DNA from: an uncultured Acetomicrobium sp.
Lineage (GTDB): Bacteria > Synergistota > Synergistia > Synergistales > Thermosynergistaceae
Assembly: GCA_964438265.1 (NCBI GenBank)
Contig: CAYTKB010000002.1
Location: 1 to 34,121, forward strand
Reading direction: 5' to 3'
Length of the DNA stretch: 34,121 nt
In this document: one piece after another, positions 17,625 to 26,490 of the stretch
Position numbering within the stretch: position 1 is the stretch's first letter
Layout of the letters: every line of letters begins with the position of its first letter
The notes under the pieces: model-generated
What the model was told of the DNA's origin: nothing
What the model saw: only the letters and a program-made list of their open reading frames with translations
Database searches by the model: none
Program-made: the position numbers and the translations under genes

Positions 17625-18401
17625 TTGATAAAATCAAAAATAATAGCTATTTTTTTACTTATACTGCTTTGCACTGCTTCTCCCGTCGAGGCGTGGGAGC
17701 TTGCAGTTTCTGACCCGTGGCTGGCCGTAGTCGCGCGTTTTATGGGCGGTACGGCTGTGCAGGTGCGGCCGCTCGCCACGTGGGGGGATCAAGGCGAAGT
17801 CGTGGCCCTGCGGCAGAAGACCGATGCCAACGTTCCCACTTTAAGGCTCCTTTGCACGAACCCCAAAAAGGGGACAAAATGCCTTTACAGTGTGCTGCCT
17901 ATCCCTGGAGAGAAGATAGGATCCCTGTTTTTTGACCCTGCCTCCCTTCCTTTTATCGGGCAACGCCTGCTACAGTTGTTGAGCGAGTGGGACCCCGGAA
18001 ACTATTCTCTATTTCAGAGGCGGTTGGCTGAGTTTCAATCCCGCCTCGATGGAAATTTGGCCATAGGGAGGAAATTGATCGCAGGGCTTCCAATATTAGA
18101 CCTCACTTTTCTGACAACCCCCTGGTTGCAGGCTGCCTCGGGCGATCTCCTGCGCCCGCCCGAGGACCATTTTAAAACCTGGGAGCGCAAGGAAGGGATA
18201 GATCTCTTAGAGGAGTGGCTTTCGAGGGCGCAAAAGGAAAAAAGGACAGTCGTAGCCGATGTGTGGACTCCTGCCGTAGCGAAGGATAGGCTCGCTAATT
18301 TCACAGGGTCGGTCGTCTTTCCTCCTCCGTCTCTTGATTTGGAGTGGACGCTCTACCTCCACGACCTTTATCTCGCGCTCATATCGGCCACCGCCGACTG
18401 A
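17625..18401 (+). CDS. Exported protein with weak resemblance to cluster A-I (ZnuA/TroA) solute-binding proteins
   Basis: Signal peptide IIAIFLLILLCTASPVEA; ZnuA-like segments (PWLAVVARFMGG..VQV; DP...LSEWDPGNY..FQRRL..F..RL). Confidence 0.6.
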   Translation: MIKSKIIAIFLLILLCTASPVEAWELAVSDPWLAVVARFMGGTAVQVRPLATWGDQGEVVALRQKTDANVPTLRLLCTNPKKGTKCLYSVLPIPGEKIGSLFFDPASLPFIGQRLLQLLSEWDPGNYSLFQRRLAEFQSRLDGNLAIGRKLIAGLPILDLTFLTTPWLQAASGDLLRPPEDHFKTWERKEGIDLLEEWLSRAQKEKRTVVADVWTPAVAKDRLANFTGSVVFPPPSLDLEWTLYLHDLYLALISATAD

Positions 18402-18408
18402 CCTTAAG

Positions 18409-19221
18409 TTATGTGGGTTTTGCCGTGCGCAGGTGATATGCCGCTGCGGCTGTTATGCTCAAGTCTCCTTCTGCCGTAGATATAATGAGCGCTCCGTCTG
18501 GACCTATGGCTTTTGCAACGCCGCGCAATGCCTTTTGGTCCGATTCTATGACAACCTCCTGACCGAGCGTGCCACAGCACCGTTCGTATTCGCTCAACAA
18601 CTCCTCTTTTTTCCCTTCATACAAGGTCTCTTTTGTCCAGCGATATATCTCTTTCGTTATGGCAGCTATTAGTTCTTCCCTACAAACTTCATGCCCGAGG
18701 ATGTCGCATAGCGAAACAGTTTGCTCTTGTAATTCGTCGGGGAGAAGGTTCGGTGGGATGTCGACGTTGACTCCTACGCCGATTATGGAGTAGATGACGC
18801 GTTCTCTGACGGCGGTCGTCTCGCCCAAAATGCCGCACAGTTTTTTTCGGTCGTATAAAATGTCGTTCGGCCATTTGACTTGAACTGCGAGACCGTAAAT
18901 TTTCCCCATCGCTTCTGAAATGGCAACAGCAGCTGCAAGGCTTAAGAGCTGCGCGTCAATTATAAGGATAGGCGGACGCAATATGATCGACATGTAAATC
19001 CCGTCTCTTTCTGGGGAAAACCAACGCCTGCCTAGCCTTCCGCGCCCGTTGCTTTGGCATTCTGCGAGCACTAACGCCCCTTCGGGAGCTCCGCTTCGTG
19101 CGAGCTCCTTTGCCAATTCCTGGGTAGAAGAGAGCGTTTCTCTGAAAAATATAGGATGGCCGAAGGGACAAGATTCGAGCGCTTTTTCAATGACTGCGAG
19201 GTCTAAATTGCGCGTGCTCAA
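18409..19221 (-). CDS. birA: Biotin--protein ligase without an N-terminal HTH
   Basis: SSTQ, QSNGRGRLGRRW, KWPND, KKLCGIL, GVGVNV; SD AAGGAG before TTG. Confidence 0.95.
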   Translation of the reverse strand: MSTRNLDLAVIEKALESCPFGHPIFFRETLSSTQELAKELARSGAPEGALVLAECQSNGRGRLGRRWFSPERDGIYMSIILRPPILIIDAQLLSLAAAVAISEAMGKIYGLAVQVKWPNDILYDRKKLCGILGETTAVRERVIYSIIGVGVNVDIPPNLLPDELQEQTVSLCDILGHEVCREELIAAITKEIYRWTKETLYEGKKEELLSEYERCCGTLGQEVVIESDQKALRGVAKAIGPDGALIISTAEGDLSITAAAAYHLRTAKPT

Positions 19222-19562
19222 ATTATGTCAGACTCCTTTCTATAGTGCTGTAAATTCCACTGTTAACGAGACAAAAGGACATCTCGGCTTTAGGCGATAG
19301 CGCAGGCGCTAAAAGGAACCGAACAGGAGGAGCGAATTGCCGATGACCGAAGCAAAGATAAATTCTATAATAATTCCTTCTTCCAATCTTCGTCGATAGG
19401 GGGCGCTTCCGATCCGAAGAGCGCCGTTGGTTGGGCGCCCGAGGCAGCCATTGAGGAACAGACGAAGAACATCGGCGGCGCCGATCGATATGAGAGATCA
19501 AAAAAGCCCTAAGGCCTACGATAGCCGATATGGCGCGAGGTGAATAAAACAATCAGCAGCAA

Positions 19563-19571
19563 TGATATAAT
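19563..19571 (+). promoter_or_regulatory. Extended -10 promoter candidate for prfB
   Basis: TGaTATAAT about 60 nt upstream of the prfB ATG; no clear -35. Confidence 0.5.
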
Positions 19572-19630
19572 AAATTACAAGTTCTTTTTGGACAGAATCT
19601 GAGCAAAATCTTTTTATGGGAGGCTTTGCC

Positions 19631-20750
19631 ATGAACATTAATATGTTACCCGTTTCTACGACGATGGAAGAACTGCGCTCGATCTTCCGTGAGCTGCAGG
19701 ACAGCCTTTGACCCCCTTCAACTTGAAAGTCAGGTCAACGATCTATTAGCCGAGAGTTCTTCTCCCGAGTTTTGGTCGCGATCTGACTCCAGTGAAAAAC
19801 TAAGAGCTTTGTCTCGCATCCAGGAGAAACTTGACCTTTGGAAAAGGCTGAACCGTGAATTCGAAGAGGTCGAAGCGCTTGCGGAAATCTTGGAGGAAGA
19901 AGAGGATCCGGAGCTGCTGGAAGAGTTTTACTCTCGCGCAAGGGCGCTGAGAGATGAAATCGAATCGTTCCAGATAAAACTCCTCATGGACGAGGAGCAT
20001 GACAACTGCAATGCCATATTGAGCATTCATCCTGGAGCGGGGGGGTTGGACTCTCAGGATTGGGCCAAAATGCTTTTGCGCATGTATTTGCGCTGGGCAG
20101 AAAGGCGCAAATATGACGTGGAAGTGGCAGAATTGCTCGAGGATGAAGGGGCTGGTATCAAGTCTACCACCGTCTTTATTAAGGGCCAGTTTGCATATGG
20201 TTATTTGAAGGCGGAGCGCGGCATCCATCGCCTGGTGCGCATATCTCCCTTCGATGCCGCAAGAAGACGGCATACGAGCTTTGCCTCCGTTGAAGTGCTG
20301 CCCGAGCTTCCGGAGGACGTAGATGTTGAAATCCGCCCGGAAGATCTCAAAATAGATACGTTCAGAGCGAGCGGCGCAGGCGGGCAGTATGTGAATATGA
20401 CGGACTCGGCGGTGCGCATAACCCACTTGCCTACAGGTTTAGTGGTGAGTTGCCAAAAAGAGCGCTCACAGCATATGAACAGGCAGGTGGCGATGAAGAT
20501 CTTGAGGGCGCGCCTCTATGAACTTCGTCTTCAGGAACGACAGGCAGAGCTGGAAGCGATTCAGGGTGAAAAAAAGGAGATAGGCTGGGGCAACCAGATC
20601 CGCTCTTATGTTTTGCACCCTTATACATTAGTGAAAGACCATCGCACTGGCGTAGAGATAGGCAATGTAGCTGCTGTACTCGATGGAGATATAGATCCCT
20701 TCATCGTGGCTTTTCTGAAAAACCGCAAAGTCAATACTATGAATAGGTGA
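19631..20750 (+). CDS. prfB: Peptide chain release factor 2 with programmed +1 frameshift
   Basis: ATG 19631 after GGGAGG; 26 codons to CTT TGA C (19706-19712); the +1 frame joins the ORF carrying the SPF and GGQ motifs. Confidence 0.96.
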
Positions 20751-21376
20751 TGAAGATTACCATGCGTAAGACATTTAAGGCATTAATCCTTATCTTTTTT
20801 TACTTTACCATCGTATGCACGACGGCGAAAGGAAGCCCTTTTGTACCGGCAGGGCCAATCCTTCCTATAAACGAGATAAGGCCCGGTATGAAGGGAGAGG
20901 TTCATACTGTCGTGAAAGGGACCGAAGTGGTTTCCTTCCCGGCGGAAGTACTCAGCGTGGTTCCCCAATCTGACCATCCGAAACAGCTCATCTTGATTCG
21001 AACGAGCGGCCCTCTGGTGGAGCGAATTGGGGGGATCGCCGCCGGAATGAGCGGTAGTCCATTTTTTATCAATGGCAAGCTCGTGGGCGCTATAGGATAT
21101 GGCTGGGAGTTCAGCGATCATCGGCTTGGCCTCGTGACGCCGATAGAAGAGATGGCTTCTGTATTGGGTTGGCCCGAAGCCATCCCGCCGTTTGGCCTTC
21201 CCTCGCCGCCTCAGAAGGAACGGTTGCCCGAGGGAGCCATCTCGGAGGCAGGCACCAAGATGGCTCCGTTGGTGACTTCGGGCATAAGCGCGAGAGGAGC
21301 CCGACTTATCGGCGATTCGCTCAACTTAGATGCGATCTCCTTCCGCGAACGAAGGAGGCATTCCTGTGGAATATAA
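20747..21376 (+). CDS. SpoIVB-like peptidase S55 protein, N-terminal part (signal peptide plus GMSGSP catalytic Ser)
   Basis: Hydrophobic N-terminus; GGIAAGMSGSP..NGKLVGAI; frame ends at 21376. Confidence 0.8.
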   Translation: MMKITMRKTFKALILIFFYFTIVCTTAKGSPFVPAGPILPINEIRPGMKGEVHTVVKGTEVVSFPAEVLSVVPQSDHPKQLILIRTSGPLVERIGGIAAGMSGSPFFINGKLVGAIGYGWEFSDHRLGLVTPIEEMASVLGWPEAIPPFGLPSPPQKERLPEGAISEAGTKMAPLVTSGISARGARLIGDSLNLDAISFRERRRHSCGI

Positions 21377-22520
21377 GGCTTCTCTTAAACCCGGCGACTC
21401 GGTTGGGGCGCTTTTGGCCTGGGGGGATGTAACAGTGGGAGCTACCGGCACATTGACGGCAGTCGGCAAGGATGGGCGCTTCGTGGCCTTCGCCCACCCC
21501 TTTTTAAACCGCGGTTCCGTGGCGTATCCCTTGAGCCGTTCCTGGGTGCATGAAGTTATACCCAGCGTGCGCAGCCCCTTTAAGCTTGGTACTCCCATCA
21601 GCATAGTGGGCATGATTACGCAAGACCGACCTCAAGCCATAGGTGGAAGACTGGGGTCTTTCCCTCCGGCGGTTGAGGTTTCTCTGCGTTTCCGCGACCA
21701 AGATACCGGCGCTGAAGTCGCCAAACGGTTCCAGATGGTCGACGACCCCTTTCTGATCAACGAAGTGGCCCCCGGCGCCGTAATGGGGTTATTGGATGAC
21801 TTATGGGGACGGGTGGGCGAAGGCACGGTTCAATTTACCTTCACAGTGGAGGGGGGCGGTTTCCCGGGGGAGTTTGGCATGAGGAATGTCTTCTTTTCTG
21901 ATAAAGATACAGCCCAGACCTTGGCAAATGAGATCAAAAGCCTCGTATCCATATTTGTCCTGAACCGGTTTCAGGAGGTTCGCCCCCTCGGCTTTCATCT
22001 CGATGTTGAGGTGACAAGACTCCCTAAGATCCTGTACATCGAGAATTTAGAGGTAGAAAACCGGAGCGTTAAACCCGGCGACGAGATTCCCATTAAGGTG
22101 ACATTGCGGCCGTATCGCGGCGAGGCTCAAGTCAGGAATTTCTCGCTTCGCGTGCCCGAGGGGACGAGCGGGAGGTGCGAAGTGGTGGTGAGAGGTGGAG
22201 GCATAGCTGAGCCGGAGCAGAGATCCCTTTATGAGGGATGGCGATCTATAAGCAGTCTGGCCCAACTTCTCAAAGAACTCGAAGCCAAAGAGTCGAACGA
22301 CCAGATTATAATCGAGCTTTTGAGATATGAAGGAGCCGGCAAAGGAGTGGACTCAGAAATAGAAGAGGAGCCTGAACTCGTCAGCGAGATGAAGGAGAAG
22401 CGCATGAAGGAAGGTTCTCTTAGGGTCTTTCGCTCTTCTTATTATGTCGAAGGACTGTTGCGAAAGGTTATAGTGGTAGAAGGTAAAGAAACTGACGAGG
22501 CTGAAGAAGTTGAAGAGTAG
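21330..22520 (+). CDS. SpoIVB-like peptidase S55 protein, C-terminal part (+1 frame; frameshifted or split gene)
   Basis: GTLTAV...FVAFAHPF resembles the His-containing segment of SpoIVB; possible own start GTG 21366 after AAGGAGG. Confidence 0.75.
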   Translation: MRSPSANEGGIPVEYKASLKPGDSVGALLAWGDVTVGATGTLTAVGKDGRFVAFAHPFLNRGSVAYPLSRSWVHEVIPSVRSPFKLGTPISIVGMITQDRPQAIGGRLGSFPPAVEVSLRFRDQDTGAEVAKRFQMVDDPFLINEVAPGAVMGLLDDLWGRVGEGTVQFTFTVEGGGFPGEFGMRNVFFSDKDTAQTLANEIKSLVSIFVLNRFQEVRPLGFHLDVEVTRLPKILYIENLEVENRSVKPGDEIPIKVTLRPYRGEAQVRNFSLRVPEGTSGRCEVVVRGGGIAEPEQRSLYEGWRSISSLAQLLKELEAKESNDQIIIELLRYEGAGKGVDSEIEEEPELVSEMKEKRMKEGSLRVFRSSYYVEGLLRKVIVVEGKETDEAEEVEE

Positions 22521-22531
22521 CGTTATCGCCG

Positions 22532-23335
22532 ATGGCAATGTCAAATAGCGACGAAAGGCTGAGCTTTGTCTCAGCGATCGGTAGGGGAATTATTACATTC
22601 TTGGAAGTCTTGGGGTGCTACATAATTTTTGCGTATAGATCGCTGAGCGGCCTATGGCGACATACATGGAGCTTGCGCGATCTCGTGGAACAGCTGGAGA
22701 AGGTGGGCGTTGGTTCTGTTATCATGGTCTCTATAACCAGCGCGTTTACGGGGATGGTCATGGCCGTTCAGACTTTGGATCAATTTTTGCGATTCGGAGC
22801 AGGTGAGTATATCGGCGGTGTGATAGCCTTGAGCCTCATCAGGGAGATGTCACCGGTGTTGACGGGGCTTGTGGTTGCTGGGCGTGTGGGGGCGTCTATG
22901 GCTGCCGAAATCGGCACCATGCGAGTGACGGAACAGCTCGATGCCCTCAAGGCTTTTGGCCTGAACGACGAGGTTTTTGTTGGGGTGCCGAGGATAGTGG
23001 CTTCAATGATAATGCTGCCCGTATTGACGATTTATTCCTTCGTCGTCGGCATAGGAGGAGGTTATCTCTATGTGGTGGCCCATGGCGTGCACCAGAGTAT
23101 CTTTAGGCGATCTATCGAGGTCCTCGTAGATCCTTATGACGTCTACGGCGGTTTGTTAAAGGCTCTCATCTTCGGCCTCATCATAGCGACTGTGGCGTGC
23201 AGCGAAGGTTTTCGTGCCGGCAACGGTGCTAAGGGGGTCGGCGAAGCTACGACTCGAGCTGTGGTGTGGGGCGATATGCTGATTTTGACCTTCAATTACT
23301 TCCTCTCCACCTTCCTCTTCGGGGGTGGAGGTTAG
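22532..23335 (+). CDS. mlaE: MlaE-family ABC permease
   Basis: REMSPVLTGLVVAGRVGASMAAEIGTMRVTEQLDAL, PR, GAKGVGEATTRAVV. Confidence 0.94.
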   Translation: MAMSNSDERLSFVSAIGRGIITFLEVLGCYIIFAYRSLSGLWRHTWSLRDLVEQLEKVGVGSVIMVSITSAFTGMVMAVQTLDQFLRFGAGEYIGGVIALSLIREMSPVLTGLVVAGRVGASMAAEIGTMRVTEQLDALKAFGLNDEVFVGVPRIVASMIMLPVLTIYSFVVGIGGGYLYVVAHGVHQSIFRRSIEVLVDPYDVYGGLLKALIFGLIIATVACSEGFRAGNGAKGVGEATTRAVVWGDMLILTFNYFLSTFLFGGGG

Positions 23336-24102
23336 TGGAGGAGATATTGAGGGTAAGCGAGGCGTTTAAGCGGTTCGATGATCATCAGGTGCTTAAGGGC
23401 GTGAGCTTCGCGCTGGCTGCCGGCGAAGCGATGGCCCTAATGGGACCATCCGGGTGCGGGAAAACCACGGTCTTGCGCCTGGTCTTGCGCCTCGTCGATA
23501 TCGAAAATGGAGAGATTTACCTATTCGGCCACAACGTAGCTGAGGCAGACGAGGAAGAGCTGATCGAACTGAGGCGAAGGATCGGCGTCGTATTCCAAGG
23601 AGGGGCGCTTTTTGACTCGATGAGCGTGGGAGAAAACGTGGCCTTTCCGCTGTATTATTGTTCGGGGGTCAAAGACAGAAAAGCCGTAAGAGAACGAGTC
23701 GAGGAAATCCTAACGGCCGTGGGGCTCGAAGGCGCAGAGAGACTTCTTCCAGCTGAGCTATCTGGCGGGATGAGAAAGCGCGTTGCGATCGCGAGGGCAT
23801 TGGTTTATCGTCCTCAATTATTGCTTTTGGACGAACCATCTACGGGGCTTGATCCGATCACGGCAAGACTTATAGATGAGCTCGTTCTGAAGTTGAAAGA
23901 GACGTTTAATGTCGGCGTGCTCATGGTCACTCACGATATAGTTTCTGCTCTCGGCGTCAGTGACAAGATATCTCTAATGGATGAAGGTCGCATAGTGTGG
24001 GCTGGCACGCCCCTTGAATGGCATAAGTCACAGGACCCTAACGTCTTACGATTCGCCTCTGGGCTCAGAGCCGTGAGGAGAGGTGAGCGGATTGAGCCGT
24101 GA
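23335..24102 (+). CDS. mlaF: MlaF/Mkl-family ABC ATPase
   Basis: GPSGCGKT, FQGGALFDSMSVGENVAFPL, LSGGMRKRVAIARA, DEP..GLDPI. Confidence 0.93.
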   Translation: MEEILRVSEAFKRFDDHQVLKGVSFALAAGEAMALMGPSGCGKTTVLRLVLRLVDIENGEIYLFGHNVAEADEEELIELRRRIGVVFQGGALFDSMSVGENVAFPLYYCSGVKDRKAVRERVEEILTAVGLEGAERLLPAELSGGMRKRVAIARALVYRPQLLLLDEPSTGLDPITARLIDELVLKLKETFNVGVLMVTHDIVSALGVSDKISLMDEGRIVWAGTPLEWHKSQDPNVLRFASGLRAVRRGERIEP

Positions 24103-25441
24103 ACTAAAGGTCGGAATAGCAACCTTCGTTGCTCTATTACTGCTCGGAGGGTTGGTCTTTGTCACGGGTGGCAAATGGTGGCGAGAAAAGGGTTACGAAA
24201 TAGAAGTGCTCTTGGAAGACGCCTCTGGTCTCAAAAGCGGCTCCCCTGTCTACATCTCAGGCGTTGAGGGAGGGCACGTAATAGGGGTGTCTTTGATTCC
24301 TGCAAGAGCGTCGGTCAAGATATCGGTGCATGAGGACTATAAAATACCGATCGATAGCAGCTTCATAGTTGACAGGGGGGGATTATTGGGGGAGGCCAAC
24401 TTGAAGATCTACAGAGGGCAGAGCGAGGAATATCTTTCGCCTGGGAGCAGCGTCAACGGAAGGTCTCAGCCTGGAATGGACGAGTTGGTCGCTGAAGTGC
24501 AAAAAAATCTCCAGATCATGGAGGACATCTTTAGTAGGATAAAAGAGATCATGGACGATCAAGAGGTTTGGGAGGCCTTTAGGAAGGCCTCTATAGATCT
24601 TCCTCATCTCATTGCAGATGTGCGGATAGCGATGCAGCGCCTCTCGAACGTTGCAGATCAAGGAAAGGTCTTCCTTGAGAGAGTTCGGGCAGACGTTGAC
24701 GTTCTCACCGAACGTTGGTCCAGTCTGTCGGGGACACTGGAGGGAGTTGTAAAAGAAAACAGCGAAGACTTGAGGATGACTGTAACAAAGTTGAGATCAT
24801 CCGTGGAACGAATAGACTCCATAATAACCGATTTCGACATAGATGGAGAGGGCGGAAAGGATTTGAGGCGTGCCATAAAGGGACTTGGAGACGCAACTCA
24901 AAGCCTCACTAAGTTAACAAGTAATCTTGATGATGTTTTATTTGAAAATGGAGAAGGAAAATTGCCTGCTCTTTTAGAAAATGTGACGGAAACGACTTCA
25001 CAAGCCAGTGGGCTTTTGAAAGAAGTGCAGTCTTATCGGATTAGCGGAAGAACCTCCGTTCATCAGGTGACCTCTGGCGAAGATGAAGAGCTCATGATGG
25101 ATGTGGGTTTAGACATATGGAAGGTAAACTCTCCGTGGTTCCTTCGTTTTGTTGGCGAGGACTTGGGATACGACGACGCATTTACCGGCGCTTTCGGATA
25201 TCGTACCAGATGGGGCGAATTGTGGGGAGGCTATGTCCACGGAGATCTGGGCGGTGGAGCGCTCTGGGACATGAAGACGATCGGTCTGCCGCTCGCCCTT
25301 TCTTGGCAGTGGTGGGACGAAGATGGAGGAGAATGGTATATCCAAGGCGAGTGGCGCGTTACAGACCGCTGGGGACTATTCTATCGCCATTACGAAGACG
25401 ATAATGACACGGAATCGATCGGTGTCTCCTACAGATTCTGA
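24092..25441 (+). CDS. mlaD: MCE/MlaD protein with long helical stalk and C-terminal beta-barrel-like domain
   Basis: MSRELKVG plus TM helix; MCE motif DASGLKSGSPVYISGVEGG...GLLGE; about 190 aa of helical repeats; aromatic-rich beta-strands ending GVSYRF. Confidence 0.88.
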   Translation: MSRELKVGIATFVALLLLGGLVFVTGGKWWREKGYEIEVLLEDASGLKSGSPVYISGVEGGHVIGVSLIPARASVKISVHEDYKIPIDSSFIVDRGGLLGEANLKIYRGQSEEYLSPGSSVNGRSQPGMDELVAEVQKNLQIMEDIFSRIKEIMDDQEVWEAFRKASIDLPHLIADVRIAMQRLSNVADQGKVFLERVRADVDVLTERWSSLSGTLEGVVKENSEDLRMTVTKLRSSVERIDSIITDFDIDGEGGKDLRRAIKGLGDATQSLTKLTSNLDDVLFENGEGKLPALLENVTETTSQASGLLKEVQSYRISGRTSVHQVTSGEDEELMMDVGLDIWKVNSPWFLRFVGEDLGYDDAFTGAFGYRTRWGELWGGYVHGDLGGGALWDMKTIGLPLALSWQWWDEDGGEWYIQGEWRVTDRWGLFYRHYEDDNDTESIGVSYRF

Positions 25442-25456
25442 GGGAGGACATAAGGA

Positions 25457-26059
25457 GTGTTCGTAACATTCGAGGGGATCGACGGAGCAGGTAAGAGCAC
25501 CCAAGCAGCCCTCTGCGCAGAGTGGCTAAAGGGACTTTTGGGAGATTCAAATATCCTCTTGACCAAGGAGCCGGGAGGGTGGCCAGGGGGGGGGAGTTTG
25601 CGCGATGCGCTGCTTTCTGGGGGTTTGAGTGACCCCTGGGGTGAATTCTACGTCTTCTTGGCTGACCGCCTTGAGCATGTAAAAAGAGTAATTAGGCCGG
25701 CTTTAGAGGAGGGCAAAACCGTAATTTGCGAGCGCTATATAGATTCCACTCTGGCATATCAAGCGTGGGGAAGGGGGTTGCCGCTCAAGAGAGTTAATGA
25801 ATTGATGCAATGGCACAATTTCCCCATGCCCGATCTCACTTTGCTCTTCGACATTCCCCTTGAAGAGGCTTTGCGTCGCCTGAATGCGAGAGGAGAAAGG
25901 GACGAGTTAGAGGATGAGATTTTTCTCTCGCGCGTCCGCGAGGGGTACAAAAGCATAGCCGGCGAGTATGATAGGATCAAAGTAGTGGACGCCACTTTGG
26001 ACGTATGGTCTGTTCATGAAGTTGTGCGCGACATAATTGCGCGATGCTTATTCCAATGA
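25457..26059 (+). CDS. tmk: Thymidylate kinase
   Basis: FEGIDGAGKSTQ, KEPGG, ADR, ERYIDSTLAYQ, PDLT. Confidence 0.96.
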   Translation: MFVTFEGIDGAGKSTQAALCAEWLKGLLGDSNILLTKEPGGWPGGGSLRDALLSGGLSDPWGEFYVFLADRLEHVKRVIRPALEEGKTVICERYIDSTLAYQAWGRGLPLKRVNELMQWHNFPMPDLTLLFDIPLEEALRRLNARGERDELEDEIFLSRVREGYKSIAGEYDRIKVVDATLDVWSVHEVVRDIIARCLFQ

Positions 26060-26490
26060 AGGTCGATCGATCTAAGAGAAGAAACGAGTGGGAAGCTCAA
26101 AAAGCTTTGCACGGTCGTCGCGACCTTGTTGGTGCGACCTCCGGCCTTGAGAGCGGGCAATTCGAGGATCACTTCGTTTCAGCTGAGATTACGTCGTTGC
26201 TCGAAGAGCTTGAAGATCTGTCGGATCAGCTCATCCGTTTTCCGTCGCAATTGCTCCTGAGCAAGTATAAGAGGTTGATAAGGGTGTTGCTTCAGATGGC
26301 CGTAGAGGGGATGCGAATAAAGAAGGAACTTCGGTGGAAGCGCTCAGAAAGGACGCTTCTGTTAGCAGTAGAAAAGGCCAATTCGGCGCTCGACTCCCTT
26401 GAGAAGGCCATCCTCAGAGAGTCTAAAAGGGTAGAGATTTTGAAACTTGTGGAGGAGATCAAAGGTTGCCTGATCTCTCTCTTTCTGTAA
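26056..26490 (+). CDS. YaaR/DUF327 family protein
   Basis: Helical protein with L..YK.LI and C-terminal EIKGCLISL; lies between tmk and holB as in the Firmicutes yaa cluster. Confidence 0.75.
   Translation: MKVDRSKRRNEWEAQKALHGRRDLVGATSGLESGQFEDHFVSAEITSLLEELEDLSDQLIRFPSQLLLSKYKRLIRVLLQMAVEGMRIKKELRWKRSERTLLLAVEKANSALDSLEKAILRESKRVEILKLVEEIKGCLISLFL

Noticed and set aside
19495-19545. AAAGCC..GGCCTAC..TATGGC resembles part of a c-di-GMP-I riboswitch.
   Set aside because: The GCAAAC/GNRA P2 hairpin and the closing P1 are not present.
19223-19552. 109-aa minus-strand ORF upstream of birA, and a start-less + strand open frame at 19294-19512.
   Set aside because: No SD, no recognisable family and atypical composition; the + frame has a stop directly upstream and no good start.
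23469-23492. 12-bp tandem repeat GGTCTTGCGCCT x2 in mlaF.
   Set aside because: It encodes VLRLVLRL after Walker A with normal ABC spacing, so there is no net insertion; two copies only.
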